A stretch of 64,000 nt of DNA from Amoebidium appalachense (Eukaryota; Protista; Ichthyosporea). Positions 1-17,303 of the stretch are shown in pieces; positions within the stretch are counted from its first letter, which is position 1; every line of letters begins with the position of its first letter. The notes below the pieces were generated by a model, which did not search any database, was not told the DNA's origin, and saw only the letters and a program-made list of their open reading frames with translations. Location: NCBI GenBank assembly GCA_963693365.1, contig CAVNZM010000011.1:4286639-4350638 (forward strand), given 5' to 3'. The translations under genes and the position numbers were made by a program.

Positions 1-197
1 TCACTATGCCTCCTTTTCTTTTCCCGCTTTGGTGTACATTCGTGTATGGGAGAGAAGGGGGCGGGGAGCCGGGGGGGGGGGGGGGGGGGGGATGGTAGGC
101 CAAGGGCATGAAATGGTATGGATGTGTCCGTAAGCCCTTCAGTTGGATGTGTGTCGAAGCTCGGGGCCGTGGTGTGGTGGATCGTGCCCTTGGTGCA

Positions 198-293
<96 letters not shown>

Positions 294-770
294 TGGGGGG
301 GGGGGGGGGGGGGAATGGTGAGAGTAGAATAACAGCAGTAACGAAAATACCTTTGCTCCTGACTACCGGAGACCAGATAGGCAAATAGCAAACTCCCCTT
401 CTCCCCCTCCTCCCCTCCCCCACGGGTGATTTGGGCTTGGGCTCCCCCCGCCCCCCCTGAGGGTGGGCATCAATGTTTTGTTCTTTATTTGTTCCCCTTG
501 GCATATCTGCATTGCTCGGCCAGTTATGGGTTTGTGCTTTGCGCTGAGTTCCACATTCCACACATATAAACACACTGATATTTACACACATATTTGCTCA
601 CAGGCTCGCTCACTCACTCACACTCACTCACTCGCACTTACACTGGCATGCACTCACTCAGTCACTCACTGACTCACTGACTCACGTACGCACACACACA
701 CACACTCACACACAACACACATACACGTACACACACCCTCCCTCTCTCTCTTTTCCCTTTCATATTGCAG

Positions 771-1911
771 CTGTCTCTGGCGCAGCGGGGCAAGGGCAGC
801 AAGCAGACTGGGGAGGACGAGGCAGCCATGCACGATGCTGCCGTCAGCATCAGCCACCTGTACCTCAACACCCTGTTCACTATGCTGAGCCTGGTCTTCA
901 CCTTCTTCATGTTCAAGGTACCTTTTGGTGGGGGGGGGGAGGGGAGAGGGGGGGGGGGGGGGGCTTCAAAATCTTCATGTCCAAGGTAACACGATCTCTT
1001 TGGCGCCTTTTTTTTTGTATGTCTGTGTGAGGAGAGAGAGAATGAAATGTCTTTGGTTTGCATTTTGAATTTTTTCTCCGGTGTACCCCTCATAAGTTCA
1101 GGATGTGCCTAGACGCTTTGAATCTGTTGCTTTATAGTTTGGATATGCGCTCCTTCTTGCCGGGTGTTGGGTTAGCATCTTGGGGACATTGCGTTTTGCT
1201 CCTGCTCCGTCAGAGACCTGTATCATACTCCGTATCTTTCTCTCCCCTATTCCATTCCCTTTCCCTTTTCCCTCTGTCCCCTTCACTTCACTTCCCCCTC
1301 CCCCTTCCCCCCCCCCCCTCCCCCCCCGCCCCCGGGGGATAATGGGCTCTTCTTATTATGCATACTCTTTTTCCTTGGCACTTTGGCATTGTGTTGTCCA
1401 TCATGTGTGTACTTGGTGCTCTGTCATGCAGCCCCCCCCCTACCTCCGCGCGGGTTCAGGGGGCGAAACTCAGACGCAATTGATGACTTGGGCCCTCCCT
1501 GAGGATGGGCTCTGCTTTTGACGCAAACTATGCATGATTTTGCATACTTGAGTATTTACTTTTGCATGTGTCCTGCACCGTGCGTCTCGTCGTGTACATG
1601 TACTTCGTGCCGTGTTCCGCATTCAAAACCCCTCCCCCCAACCCCCCCCCCCCCCCCCCCCCCCCCTCGCCCTGGCTTATGTGGTGCACAGACAAGTACT
1701 CATGCAAGCATACACCACGCAACCCCATCATCCAGGCGTGATTGCTCCAGTGCATAGCCGCAGTAGGGCTTGACTTTCAGCGTGTTTTGTCTTGCATATG
1801 GGCGTTAGTGTGTGTGTGTGTGTGCGTGTGTGTGTGTGTGTGTATGCGCGCGCACGCATGCGCATTTTGTAGCAAACTTTGTAAAAGAAGGTCATTTGAT
1901 TGTGGTAGTGA

Positions 1912-1943
<32 letters not shown>

Positions 1944-2107
1944 TGTGTTTGGGGGGGGGGGAGGGGAGGGGGGGGGGGGGGGGTTTAAATAACCGTAGCA
2001 GAAAAAGTAAAACTTAACCGTTTGCATTTGGTGCAGGAAACGAGTGCACAGGTCAACATATTGCTGCTCTTTTTGTTGGTTTGTTGGTTTGTTTTGTGAA
2101 GGGAAAA

Positions 2108-2149
<42 letters not shown>

Positions 2150-2314
2150 TAATAATCGTAGCCGCTGAGAAAACCAACCGTTTTTTTTTTTTTTTTGTGT
2201 GTGTGTGTGCAGGAAACGAGTGCACAGGTTAACCTGGCTCTGTCTGGCACATCTGCGGCCGTGATTGTGATGCTCTTTGCCAGCGTCAAGCCCAGCAAGG
2301 AGAAGTATGTCTAA
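771..2314 (+). CDS. SSR3: Translocon-associated protein gamma (TRAP-gamma); last two exons 771-917 and 2213-2314; 5' exons lie upstream of the window
   Basis: AG/GT-bounded exons splice in frame to ...HDAAVSISHLYLNTLFTMLSLVFTFFMFK|ETSAQVNLALSGTSAAVIVMLFASVKPSKEKYV*. This is colinear with the SSR3 C-terminus as I recall it (FSIFYNNTLFL...FFILKNFNPTVNYILS...). Confidence 0.75.
1337..1628 (-). repeat. G-tract-flanked repeat family: truncated long copy (1447-1628) plus short variant (~1337-1420) in the SSR3 intron
   Basis: The reverse complement matches TTTGAATGCGGAACACGG...GAGTTTCG of the 7873 copy. The short part matches GAGTATGCATAATAAG(C/A)AGAGCCCAT at ~45992-46017. Confidence 0.85.
1990..2233 (+). 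repeat. Degenerate ~176 bp tandem duplication of the SSR3 last-exon acceptor
   Basis: GTGCAGGAAACGAGTGCACAGGTYAAC occurs at 2031 and 2207, with related upstream sequence (TAAYCGTAGC...AACCGTTT). Confidence 0.8.
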
Positions 2315-2421
2315 TGGCCAAATCTTTAAGTTGGCCGATGTTTGTGGTTGCCAAATTGAAATGAAAAATGCAAAATGAATAAATTGGGTTGTGGCTTTAC
2401 GGCTACACCTACTGATGAGAA

Positions 2422-2615
2422 GTCACTATGTTGTGCACAATGTCGTGAAGGGATTTAACCCTCCCTCCCCCCCCCCCCCCCCTCCCCCCCCCCTCCAACC
2501 AACCAACCAGCCAACCAGCCAACCAACCAACACCGTCCAAAAAAAATTTAAAAAATTAAAAACCCACCACCGTCAACCAAATAAACATCCCGCACACACT
2601 CGCGCGCGCACACAC

Positions 2616-2656
<41 letters not shown>

Positions 2657-2711
2657 CGCGCGCGCGCGCGTGCACAGTCACTTTGTTGTGCATAATGTCG
2701 TGACGGGATTC

Positions 2712-2808
<97 letters not shown>

Positions 2809-2902
2809 CCAACCAACCAACCAACCAACCAAACAAAAAAAAATCAAAACCCCACCACCGTCAACCACATACACATCCCTCACACGCTCGCGCGCGCGCG
2901 CA

Positions 2903-2941
<39 letters not shown>

Positions 2942-2945
2942 GCGG
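2422..2945 (+). repeat. Degenerate ~255 bp tandem duplication downstream of the SSR3 stop
   Basis: AGTCACTWTGTTGTGCAYAATGTCGTGA.GGGATT, poly-C, (AACC)n and AAAACCCACCACCGTCAACCA each occur twice in the same order. Confidence 0.8.
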
Positions 2946-3911
2946 TAGACACCACTACGGCAGCGCCACCGCTGCAACCACGATGCCATTGTGAGAATGA
3001 GCAGTATTGTTGGGGTCAGCATGTAACATTCCTACTTTTTTAGCTGTTTCATAATTTGATACCTTTTTTACGCGCCAAAACTTCCATATCGTGGCTTTTG
3101 TTTGTTTGTTTAATCTTGTTTGTTTTTTTTTCGTGTTTTGTTTGTTATTACAGTTTCAATAGTGTATGAATCAGGTTGCTTTCAAAAACTTGGTGCTGTG
3201 GATGACACGGGCTCCCCCCGTGGTGCGACTGTTCTGAATCAAGTTGGTGCATTCAATGCGCGTGAGCATATTCAACACCAATTCAACACCAAAGACTTTT
3301 GTGTTTGTTCCTTCATGGGCTGAAATTGTTTCCTACTGTAACTGGGAGAAAAGGGAGGGGGGGATGCCGTCGGGGCGGGGGAAGGGGGGGAGGGAGGGAG
3401 GGAGGGGGGGGGGGGGGGGGGGGATGGAAGGAAATGCCGTATCTGAAACCCATGCAAGCTCTAAGAGAACATGCATAAGTGGTGTGTTTTGCACGAGAAG
3501 GGCAAATTGCCTGCAAAACTTGAATACGATCGTACGCGTGGAGTTGAACTTCAAGCACACACATCTGGGCCTACAGTGTCTCGTACTTAGAAAGGTGAAC
3601 ATCGTTCTCTTTGCCCCTTGAACTCTTGTTAAAACGTTTGGTTTGCATTCGAACATAATGATGATGTGTGCCTTTCAATAATTTACTATTATTTAGCTGT
3701 GGTGTGACCTTGTACAGTTATGTGACGGCTTTTAGAATTCTCGTAATCCTACCTCGAAGCTTGTATTACTGGCCTGCATCCCCCCCGAACCCGCTATGTT
3801 CGTTCACAGTGTCTCTGTTAGACTTGCCGCATTCATATAATTGATAACAACGTGGTGATAAAGTTGGCGCATGACATTGTACTTATGTGTCGGCTCCGAA
3901 TACTGTAATTA

Positions 3912-3958
<47 letters not shown>

Positions 3959-4280
3959 ACACACACACACAGTGTATACACACACACACGCCCCTAAGCC
4001 TCCAGCCGCCGCTGCCGCCGGCGCCCCCACTTCGGAAAATTCTAGACCTCACCCTGGTCACGAGTCGAGGGCCGTGAGAGACTCCGACCCGGGCACAGCC
4101 TGGCTGCACACCGACTCACATCCCCATACATCACACCCCCACGTCATCACCACGACCAAGTCAGGCTACACCGCTAGCGTTTCTTTTTGTGGCACAGCCG
4201 AAGCCCACCAAAGCCACCAGATAGTATTTATCTTTGCGGTTAAGTATCACCTGTCGGTGTGGCAAGGGATCCTTGGTAAC

Positions 4281-4321
4281 TGCAGCACTGCAAGTTTAAA
4301 CGGTGTACCACGACATCCCCC

Positions 4322-4379
<58 letters not shown>

Positions 4380-4560
4380 CCCCTCCCCCCGGCCCCCACC
4401 TGGCAGTGCAGCATTGCAAACGCTAACGGTGTGCCACGCGAACCTTCCCCCCCCTCCCCTCTCAGCAGCATTGCAAATGCCATACGACCCCTCTCTCCCC
4501 CCTTCCTCCCCCCCCCCCCAATGTCCAGCATTACAGGCGGTGTGCCACGACGGTCCCCCC
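4281..4560. repeat. Degenerate minisatellite, 4 units separated by variable poly-C
   Basis: CAGCAYTRCA...CGGTGTRCCACG recurs at ~4282, 4409, 4467 (partial) and 4526. Confidence 0.65.
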
Positions 4561-4784
4561 CCCTCCCCCCCACACACACACAAACATACACCACCACCAC
4601 CACCCTTTCGACTGTTGGCCAGAACCTTTCGAGGCAATGAATTCTTCTAATTCTGGAAGACCAGCATGCATGCAATTGGTATAGTAATGTTTATCATTAT
4701 TGGTTCGGCCTTTTGAAAACGTATGCAGTTTACGGCATGCACCAAGCATGCAAAAAAATCATCATCAAAAAGCTGCTTAGTCTT

Positions 4785-5123
4785 TTAAAGGCAGAATAAG
4801 CACTTTCCAAACATTTGGAATTTTGGTATATCTGGTTGAACTTCACAGTCCGAAACATCAAGGCACTTGAAATTGGGCTGGGTGTTTGTAAAAAAAGTAT
4901 CTATTCAACGAAATTCGTGCCAGTAATCATACAACAGGGATAACCCCAAAATTTGCAGCCAAAATTTACAGCTAGATAGTGCTACATAGTATACAGGTGT
5001 TTGAAGGGTGCAGACAGTTACATCAACCAACACACTGGATTTTACAACAATTTTGAAGTTCTCGATATCAAACGGATTTCTCAGTCTGTACATGCAGAAA
5101 AGTCCGAGCCTTATTCTGCTTAA
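4785..5123. mobile_element. Putative non-autonomous DNA transposon (MITE) bounded by TTAA, Kolobok-like
   Basis: Left end TTAAAGGCAGAATAAG, right end CTTATTCTGCTTAA (inverted repeat). The interior is AT-rich and microsatellite-free. Confidence 0.5.
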
Positions 5124-5612
5124 CCCTCATAGATAGAGGGTGCAGGTCAATATCCCTACCAAACCGTGTACACGTACACCTACAATCAGCAAAATACATG
5201 TCAAGTCAAGTTGCATCTGTCAAAAGGTATCCGGAAAATACCGCAAAGCAATTAATTAGCAATTAGACATCAGATTCAGCCTGTCTCGAAAAGGGGGGGA
5301 AAAAAAATAAAAAATGGACAATGTTACTCAAGTGGAATTCAAAATACTGAGCAAATTGTCTACGCATATGTTATATTCAGCAGGTGTTCACTTCACATCC
5401 TCTTCCAAGCCATTCGATTCCCATTTCTCAGATTCCACATTCCACATTCTCCCCCACATCCCCCACGATCATATCTCCTATCAACCCCGAAAGTTATCCA
5501 GAAACACTATCCCACCGATATCTCTAGACAGAGGCCGATTTCCTCCTCTCGCCATTACTCCCCACAGCACCTCCAAACTTCCAATTTTCATACAACTATC
5601 CCACCGATATCT

Positions 5613-6074
5613 CTAGACGGAAGCTGAATTCCTCCTCTCGCCATTGCTCCCCATAGACAAAAACTGCGAAATCCACGGTGCCGACCTCTGCAGAGCCGCC
5701 AGCCTCGCCCTCATTGGTGGAGCCGCGCCGCCCATCATACCCGCCTTGCCCGAATCCTTCATTGATTGGTCGGAAATCATGACCGCCGGTGACGGGTTCA
5801 TAACAACATGCGTGACTTGCGTGACCTGAACGGGCATCGGGCGAATTTGCGGGTGGTGGCGTCCGCCGACAACCGGGGAAGGGGGTTGTGCGTCCTGTAC
5901 GAGTTCAGGCCTTAACACGTTGTTACTGTGTCGGATAACTTTTGCTCTGTTGTGGAGGTTAAGGTTGACCCTGCTGTCCGGGTGGGACTCCATCTCGTTG
6001 AGTTTGTAGTAGATCAGCTCAGAGCGGATGTAGTGCTTGTCTTCGTCTGTAAGATGCACTTTGGGCTCGCCTGT

Positions 6075-6121
<47 letters not shown>

Positions 6122-6317
6122 GGGGGAGGGGGGAGCAGTGTGTGTGTGTAAGACGGTATGTCTGGAGCTGGGGGAGGGGATTGGAAGAAGGGGAAAGGAG
6201 GGGAACGAAAGGGTTGGGGGGATGGGGGAAAGGGGGGAAGGGGAGAAGGGGGGGTTGGGAGGGAGGGAGGAGGGGGGCGCAGAGAGGAGGAGGGCAAGGG
6301 GTAGAGGGAAAGGTGTT

Positions 6318-6373
<56 letters not shown>

Positions 6374-8941
6374 TGTGTGTGTGCAGCGAGGAAGGGGAGG
6401 GGGAAGAACCGAGAGGGAGAGGAGAAAGAAAAGAAAACACGAGGGTTGTGTGTGTTGAGATAAGGGTGGGAGGGCAAGAGAAAGAGGAGGAGACAACGGT
6501 TTGGGTCAATATTGATCGTGCATGTGTTTTGATTCTTGTATAGTTACGGTGTGTTGTCAGAACGCCGAGAAGTACATGAATGCTGGTTATAAAAAAAAAT
6601 CAAACGTCTATTGCATACGTATTCCTGTTTTGTGTGCGTGTGTATAATGTTCATGTGTGTTTGTGTGTGGGTGTGCATGCGCATGTGCACACGTGCGCGC
6701 GCGTATGTCTGTGACTGTCTGTGCGCCTGAACCGTGCCTCACGGTATGTGTTTGTGGGTGTTTGTATTCTAGGAAAGTGACGTCTGTGTGTGTCGGTATT
6801 GTGGTGGTCAGGCGGTGGGGGAGGGGCGGGGATGGGGCGGGGGGGAGGGAGGGGGGAGAAAAATGTCTGCAAATGGTGTTCTTCAAGTAGTCAGGTGGAG
6901 CATCTCTAGTAACCCCCGTTCTTTCCACGACTGCATGTTCTCTTTCGACGAGGCCTAACTATTACCAACCCCCCCCCCCCCCCCCCCCCCCCCCGCCGAA
7001 CACACACACACCTAACGTCTTTCTCTCCCCCTCCCCCCCACCCCCGCACCCCCCCCCCCCCCCCCCCCCCCCTTTCCTCCCTCCTTTCCCCCTCGCCCTC
7101 CCCGACCCCACAAGCCTTCCCCTGGCCTCACCATCGATGTTGAGTAAATTTAATGACAGCTGATATCAACAAACAGAAACACCTATATGACTACATTCCA
7201 ACGTGAAATGTGTGTGTGTTGGGGGGAGGGGGGGGGGGGGAATGGGGGGGGGGGGGGGGGGGGGGAGTGGTATAATGTGTTACAGGCTTTCGGAGTACAC
7301 GGTGATGACGGACAAACACCATGCAGAGTGCAAAGCAACCATAGGAATATGCAAATTAGGCACAGCCCATCTTCAGGGAGGGGGAGAGGAGGGGAGGGGG
7401 GGGGGGGGGGGGGGGGGGCACGGGGGGGGAGGAGGGGCCAAGCAATACACAGTACGCGACTTGAAGGCGGTGGTGGTGGTGGGGAGGGGGGGACGGGGGT
7501 TACCTCTCGGATAGTCCTCGGGGCTGTGTGTCAGCTTAATTGGTGCCTGTGTGTTAAAGCGAACTCCGAATGCCTTTTTTGGCGTGGCATGTGTGTGGCC
7601 AATCTTTAAGATGCCTGGCCTTTGTCGTTTGACCTAATAAAGGAATAAGGGAATAATACCCGTTTTAGAAAACTTGATAATGTTCTGAAAGGTATGCAAA
7701 AACGCAGGGAAGGAATTTGGTGTGGAATGCAACGAAAATCCTTGAGTGTGCAAACAAATATCAATCACAGACTGAGGGAAACAGTCGGTTGTGGCGATTG
7801 AGGGTTTTGGTGAATGTGTTTTTTTTTTTTTGTTTTTTTTTTTTTTTTTTTTTTTTTTTGGGGGGGGGGGGGTTTGAATGCGGAACACGGTACGAAGTAC
7901 GCATACACGATGAGAAGCATGGTGCAGGACACATTCAAAGGCAAACATTCAAGTATGCAACATCAGCCATGTGCACAGTATGCGCCATAAGCAGAGCCCA
8001 TCCTCAGGGAGGACCCAAGTCATCAATTGCGTCTGAGTTTCGACCCATTAGCCCGCGTATATACGACGCTCCAACTCAGACAGCAGCATCAACTGAACTT
8101 GGGCGGGTCAACCCGTCTTGATCAAAGACGAGCAGGGTTGCTTATGCAAGCAAGGTGAGCAAAACGGTGAAGATGTGTGTGCAAACTAAAGCAGTGCAGC
8201 GAAAAATGCGTATGTGCTTACAGATGCACGACACAGAGCAACCATGCCCGGTTGCATGGAAGTAAAGCGGTCTCTCCACACAGTGGTCTGTCCTGAAAGG
8301 ACACCTCTGAAAGAAGACTGGGGGGTTTTGAATGCGGAACACGGTACGAAGTACGCATACACGACGAGAAGCATGGTGCAGGACACATGCAAAGGCAAAC
8401 ATTCAAGTATGCAACATCAGCCATGTGCACAGTATGCGTCATAAGCAGAGCCCATCCTCAGGGAGGACCCAAGGGGGGGGGGGACTGGAGGTGCTTGGTT
8501 TTTGGGTATTAGTGAGTGTGTTTCTAGATTTCCTTTCCTCCTCCTTCCAAGGCTGTGTGTATGTGAGGGGGGTGGGTGGGTGGGGGCGGGAGAATGGGAG
8601 GGGGAGGAGGGGAGAGAGGGGGAAGGGGGGAGAGAGAGAGAGAGAGAGAGAGGGTGGAGGGAGGGAACACACAAGACGGCTCACAGAATGCATCAACGAT
8701 GGATTATTCTGATATAAGCATATTGCCATCTTTGAAAGTGGTCAGGGGAGACTTTCTGCTAGTTCTACCATATAGTTCCCGTGAATGTCACTTTGGGTAA
8801 ACACCGCAAAAAAACGACTCCAAAAAGGCCAGAAACACGTAAAAAACAAGATAAAAACAGAACCTATTACTAGTCACGGGGGGTACCATGCCTTCAAACA
8901 ACAAGAGTAGTGGTGATTAAACAACAAGAGTAGTGGTGATC

Positions 8942-8972
<31 letters not shown>

Positions 8973-10265
8973 AAAAAAAAAAAAAAAAAGAGAGTGGGGG
9001 GAGGAGGGGGGGGGGGTGCACAAACACTAAGACAACCTCATGGACCTGCACAAACCACAAAAAAACAAAAAAAAACAAACAAAAAAAAGAAACAAAAAAC
9101 AAACAAACAATAAGAATGTGAATTGGGCAAACCTCCCAAATTCCCCCCAATGCAACGAAGGGCGAAAGCAACTTTGGGAAAGGGTGAGTATGAGGATATG
9201 CATTATGGACGTATGCGTGTAAGCGTGCACGTTTGTACGTGTGTGGGTGTGTGTCTGTGTGCGTGTACTTGTATGTCTTTGTTTGCGTGTCTGTTTTTGT
9301 GCACACGCAGGTGTGTGTATGCATCCGTGTGTCTGTGTGTTTGTGTGCTTGTGTCTGTGTGTGCGCGCTTCTGCATCCATTTGTGTGTGTTTGTGTGCAA
9401 GTGTGTGTGTGTGTGTGTGCCATGGTGTGCATGCTCAATGGGAGGGTTGAAGGGAAAACGGAGAGATGGGTGAGGGGGGGGGGGGGGGGGGGGGGGGAGA
9501 GAAAGAAAGAGAGAGAGAGATAAGGAGGGGGGGAGGGAGGTACTGCTACCCACCTGCTCTGTGAGTGAGCGTTGGGAGGGGGCCTTGTCGATCTGCACAT
9601 CTGTAAATTCCTCATCGCGAATGCGCAGTTTGCTGGCACTGCCAACGCGCAGGGTGGGTTGAATTTCGCGCACCGTGAAAGTCATCGTGAAATCGGGATA
9701 CAAACACGAAAAACGGCCACGATTTTACGGAAGTTTTGAGATTTTACGGAAGTTTTGAGATTTACGGACAGTCGGCAAGAGTAGAAACGACTGGTGTGCA
9801 CTGGTACCCTAACGGGGTAAGTTTCACACCTGTGGAGGGGTAAGTATGTGTTAGGTGTGTTTATGATTGCATCATTAGGCAATATGAACAACGACACATC
9901 TAGTCACAAACCTCAAAAAGGCATACGCGGTGTCATGGAAAGATGGTTCATGATGGACAGAACGCACATACACACACTTATCTGTTCCCTCACACTTTCA
10001 GGCATATACACATGCACGTGTAGAACACGTGCACGCACACGATGTACAAACACAATGATACACCACACACGACACACACACGCACACCACAAACCACACA
10101 TATGAATCAAACACAAAAGCACACACACAGACCCACCCACCCACACCCACCCACCCGCACGCAGCATGCAAACGCACACACGCAAGCATATACACACACA
10201 GACCCATCCACCCACACACCCACACTCGCACACACACAAGCAGCACCTAAGGAACACAGCACACA

Positions 10266-10296
<31 letters not shown>

Positions 10297-10651
10297 CACA
10301 CAGACACACACACACAAGACACACACACACACACACACACACACCATACCCGGTGACATATGGACACAATCTGCTTCTTTGTGATGACCAATATTACGTG
10401 GAAACATGAAGGTGGTGCATAGTCTCCACTTTTAACACTCATTTTTACTTCTGTGTGAGGGGTACATGTATGCGCTCAACCCAGCTTCCCAGTTGATGGG
10501 AAGGAGAGAGGGGGGGAGGGCGGGGGGTTTACATGTGCACGAGTGTAGACGCCTGTGTGTCGCTATGTGCTTCTGGGTATATGTGTGGTGGCATGGCATG
10601 GTGTTCTTACATTCTTGCAAATGTGTTCGTGGGCGTGCCTACAGTGTGTGT

Positions 10652-10723
<72 letters not shown>

Positions 10724-11760
10724 TGTGTGTCTGTGTATGTAAGTGTGTGTGTCACAGTGTGCATGAATGTTTGCGCATTTCTCCGCCTTGCAATGTATTC
10801 CTGTGTGGGTGTGTGCGTAAACAGCTGAGCATGTATGTGTGCATGCATTAGGCACGTGCGTGTGCGTGTATGCCCGTGTGAGGTTGTGCATGTGAAATAC
10901 ACCCGTTGAGTGTGTGGGCCTGTATCGAAACAGGCTAGCGCATTGTGCACCTTTGCATGCTTTTAGGACTGTGCTGCTGTGTGCATGTGTGCTGCATGTG
11001 TGCATGCAGTGCAGATGTATAGTACTAGTAAGGTTGTCCGTGCAATGTGTGTTTGTCTGCCTGTGCGTGGACGTGGTATGTGTTGAAAGTTGTGAAGCAA
11101 AACCGACATCCACGTCCAACGCTTGTGTGCATAAAAATTTATGTGATTGAACGCATGTAATAGTACACGAGCAACCAACACAGTGCAATTATGCTGTTAT
11201 GTCCTACAAGATGGGCAAGGCTTCGAACATTCAAGCAACATCAGGCTAGATTATTTTAATGTGGGTTCAAACACTTTGCTGTGGATGTTGAGGCTTCAGT
11301 TCCATTCTTTCCATTTTCTCTCACTCTCAGTGGCGGAACGTACTCTGAGTATTGACCTGTTTTCCATAAGCAAGAAAGCACTGCTGTGAAGCACGTACAT
11401 GCAACCAAAAACACTTGTGTTGTGGCACTTCAAAGGCAACTGTTTTGATGAACCACACCAGCATCTCTTCCTTTCCTACATGTTCATGCAAAGATTAGAG
11501 GCGGCTTACCTGCCGTTGCCTGCAGTCGCCCTAGCTCCAGGTAAACATTCACGAATTCAAGTCTCCTTCTCAACCGAGTAATAATAAGAAGGTAAAGCGG
11601 CTGTGGTTTTTTTCGTTGTGAGGAAGGGGAAAACTGGATGGAACAGTTGTGTGCATGCCGCGATGACAACGAAGCGGGAGATTGCAGGGCTTTTGATTGG
11701 ACGACACAAAGAACTATGGAGTAGTGTAGAGCTTCTCAAAAGCAAGCCAGACATTCCCAT
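5613..11760 (-). CDS. Multi-exon gene of unknown function, possibly degraded. The last exon (~6071-5613) is clear; candidate exons lie at ~6860-6953, 7132-7160, 7504-7633, 8686-8756, 9554-9710 and 11510-11760.
   Basis: Non-repetitive islands bounded by AG/GT on the minus strand. The terminal exon reads [24 protein letters not shown]...RRNSASV*. I could not join the upstream exons without frameshifts, and I recognise no family. Confidence 0.4.
7873..8473 (+). repeat. G-tract-flanked repeat family: full copy 7873-8267, ~60 bp linker, truncated tandem copy 8327-8473
   Basis: Highly similar to the copies at 41659 and 46054. It begins (G)nTTTGAATGCGGAACACGG and ends GGTTGCATGGAAGTAAAG. Confidence 0.9.
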
Positions 11761-11979
11761 GTTGTCAAAATTTTACCTCTATTTAGGTGGGATCTTCACT
11801 ATAGCTCTAGATATGCAAATAATGTTTTAACATATATTTAGATTTTTAGCGTGATTTAATTCCTTGGAAAATTACTTGGTATGAGGCACTGAGCCTTTAA
11901 GCTAATAGTAATAACAGGTGGGGTCATCGATAGCAAACAAACAACTCTCTTACTCTCCTTTGGGATAAAGCAAACCATG

Positions 11980-12070
11980 CTTTGATTGGCTCACTAAAGA
12001 TGAGAAGCAGAAGGTATTCACCAATCAGAACATCGACTTCCCTTTCAGATTGCTTCAACCAATCACAAAC
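11980..12070. promoter_or_regulatory. CCAAT-box cluster, probable bidirectional promoter
   Basis: GATTGGC at ~11984 and CCAATCA at ~12021 and ~12059, between divergent starts at 11760 (-) and 12249 (+). Confidence 0.5.
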
Positions 12071-12248
12071 TACTTCATAATGAGCCTCCGAATTCCAGCA
12101 ATAGAGATCTCAACCGTCAGCACCGAATGATTGCTTTCTACGTTAGCCGTGACTCGTGAAGTTCACCAAAAAAAAAAAAAAAAAAAAAAGAATGGTTGGT
12201 TGGAAAGGACAAATGTTCTAAAGAAGGCACCTGTGTGCTGAACATAAG

Positions 12249-16431
<4,183 letters not shown>

Positions 16432-16779
16432 CGTCACTTAAATGATATTCCTATGAATGCTGAGGTGACGGGCCCATTGATGCTTTAGTAATAACAATAT
16501 AATGTCGTGGCTGTAGTAGTCCGATTCATGTAGTTCTTGTATGTTTTGCCCAACTATAGCCGAATGTTTTGTTAGCTACAGGTAAAATTTCCGGAAATGG
16601 TGAATCTGAATATGTTATGTGCGTATGGGGCATGCCCTGCTGTAGCCGTATACAGGAGGCTGTGGTGAGAGTGCATATTAGGGATAGTTGTACTTTTCCT
16701 CTTTCTTGTTTGCTTTATTTCTTTTCTTTTCTTTTCTTTTTTCTTTTCTTTCCTTTCCTTTCCTTCCTTCCTTTCTTTC

Positions 16780-16859
<80 letters not shown>

Positions 16860-17303
16860 GAGGGGGGGGGGGGGGGGGGGGGGGGGGACCGGAGAGTTAT
16901 AAATTAGTTGTTTTATTGGGATTCGTACTTCGTACTGCCAATCAAATTCTGTTCGATCAGAATCGGTCTTGGGTTTTTGTTTACGTGCACAAAAGATGGT
17001 GCTTGTTGAATATTCGTCAATGCGAATTTGATTTAGTGGTATTTTGGTTTTTACAATTTTGCTAGCTTTTTATTCTTTAATGGCCATAGGGGTTATATAC
17101 TTATGTACATAATGAAGCAGAAGATGCATCATTGGGCAAAATTTAATAAAGATTTAACGTACGCTTACTGCTGTATGTACTACAGGCGTTGCACTGAGAT
17201 CATCGTGATGGAAATTTCCGTTGTATGGTGGTTTCGGTGTGTCCAAGTGCATGAAAAATCTACAAACCGAAACGTGATTATATAGGTCGTAGCCCCAAAA
17301 AAT

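Noticed and set aside
3170-4650. Possible minus-strand exon remnants
   Set aside because: Splice-like boundaries are present, but there is no consistent reading frame or motif.
7871-7900. Spliced-leader RNA idea (GGTTTGAATGCGGAACACG|GTACG)
   Set aside because: No Sm site is seen, and this strand is antisense to the host genes; the resemblance is only superficial.
8030-8085. Type III hammerhead-like layout on the minus strand of the 390 bp repeat (GTCTGAGT-T...CTAATGG-GTC-GAAACTCAGAC)
   Set aside because: The core deviates from CUGANGA at invariant positions, varies among copies (CTAAGGG, TTCAGGG), and stems I and II are not properly formed.
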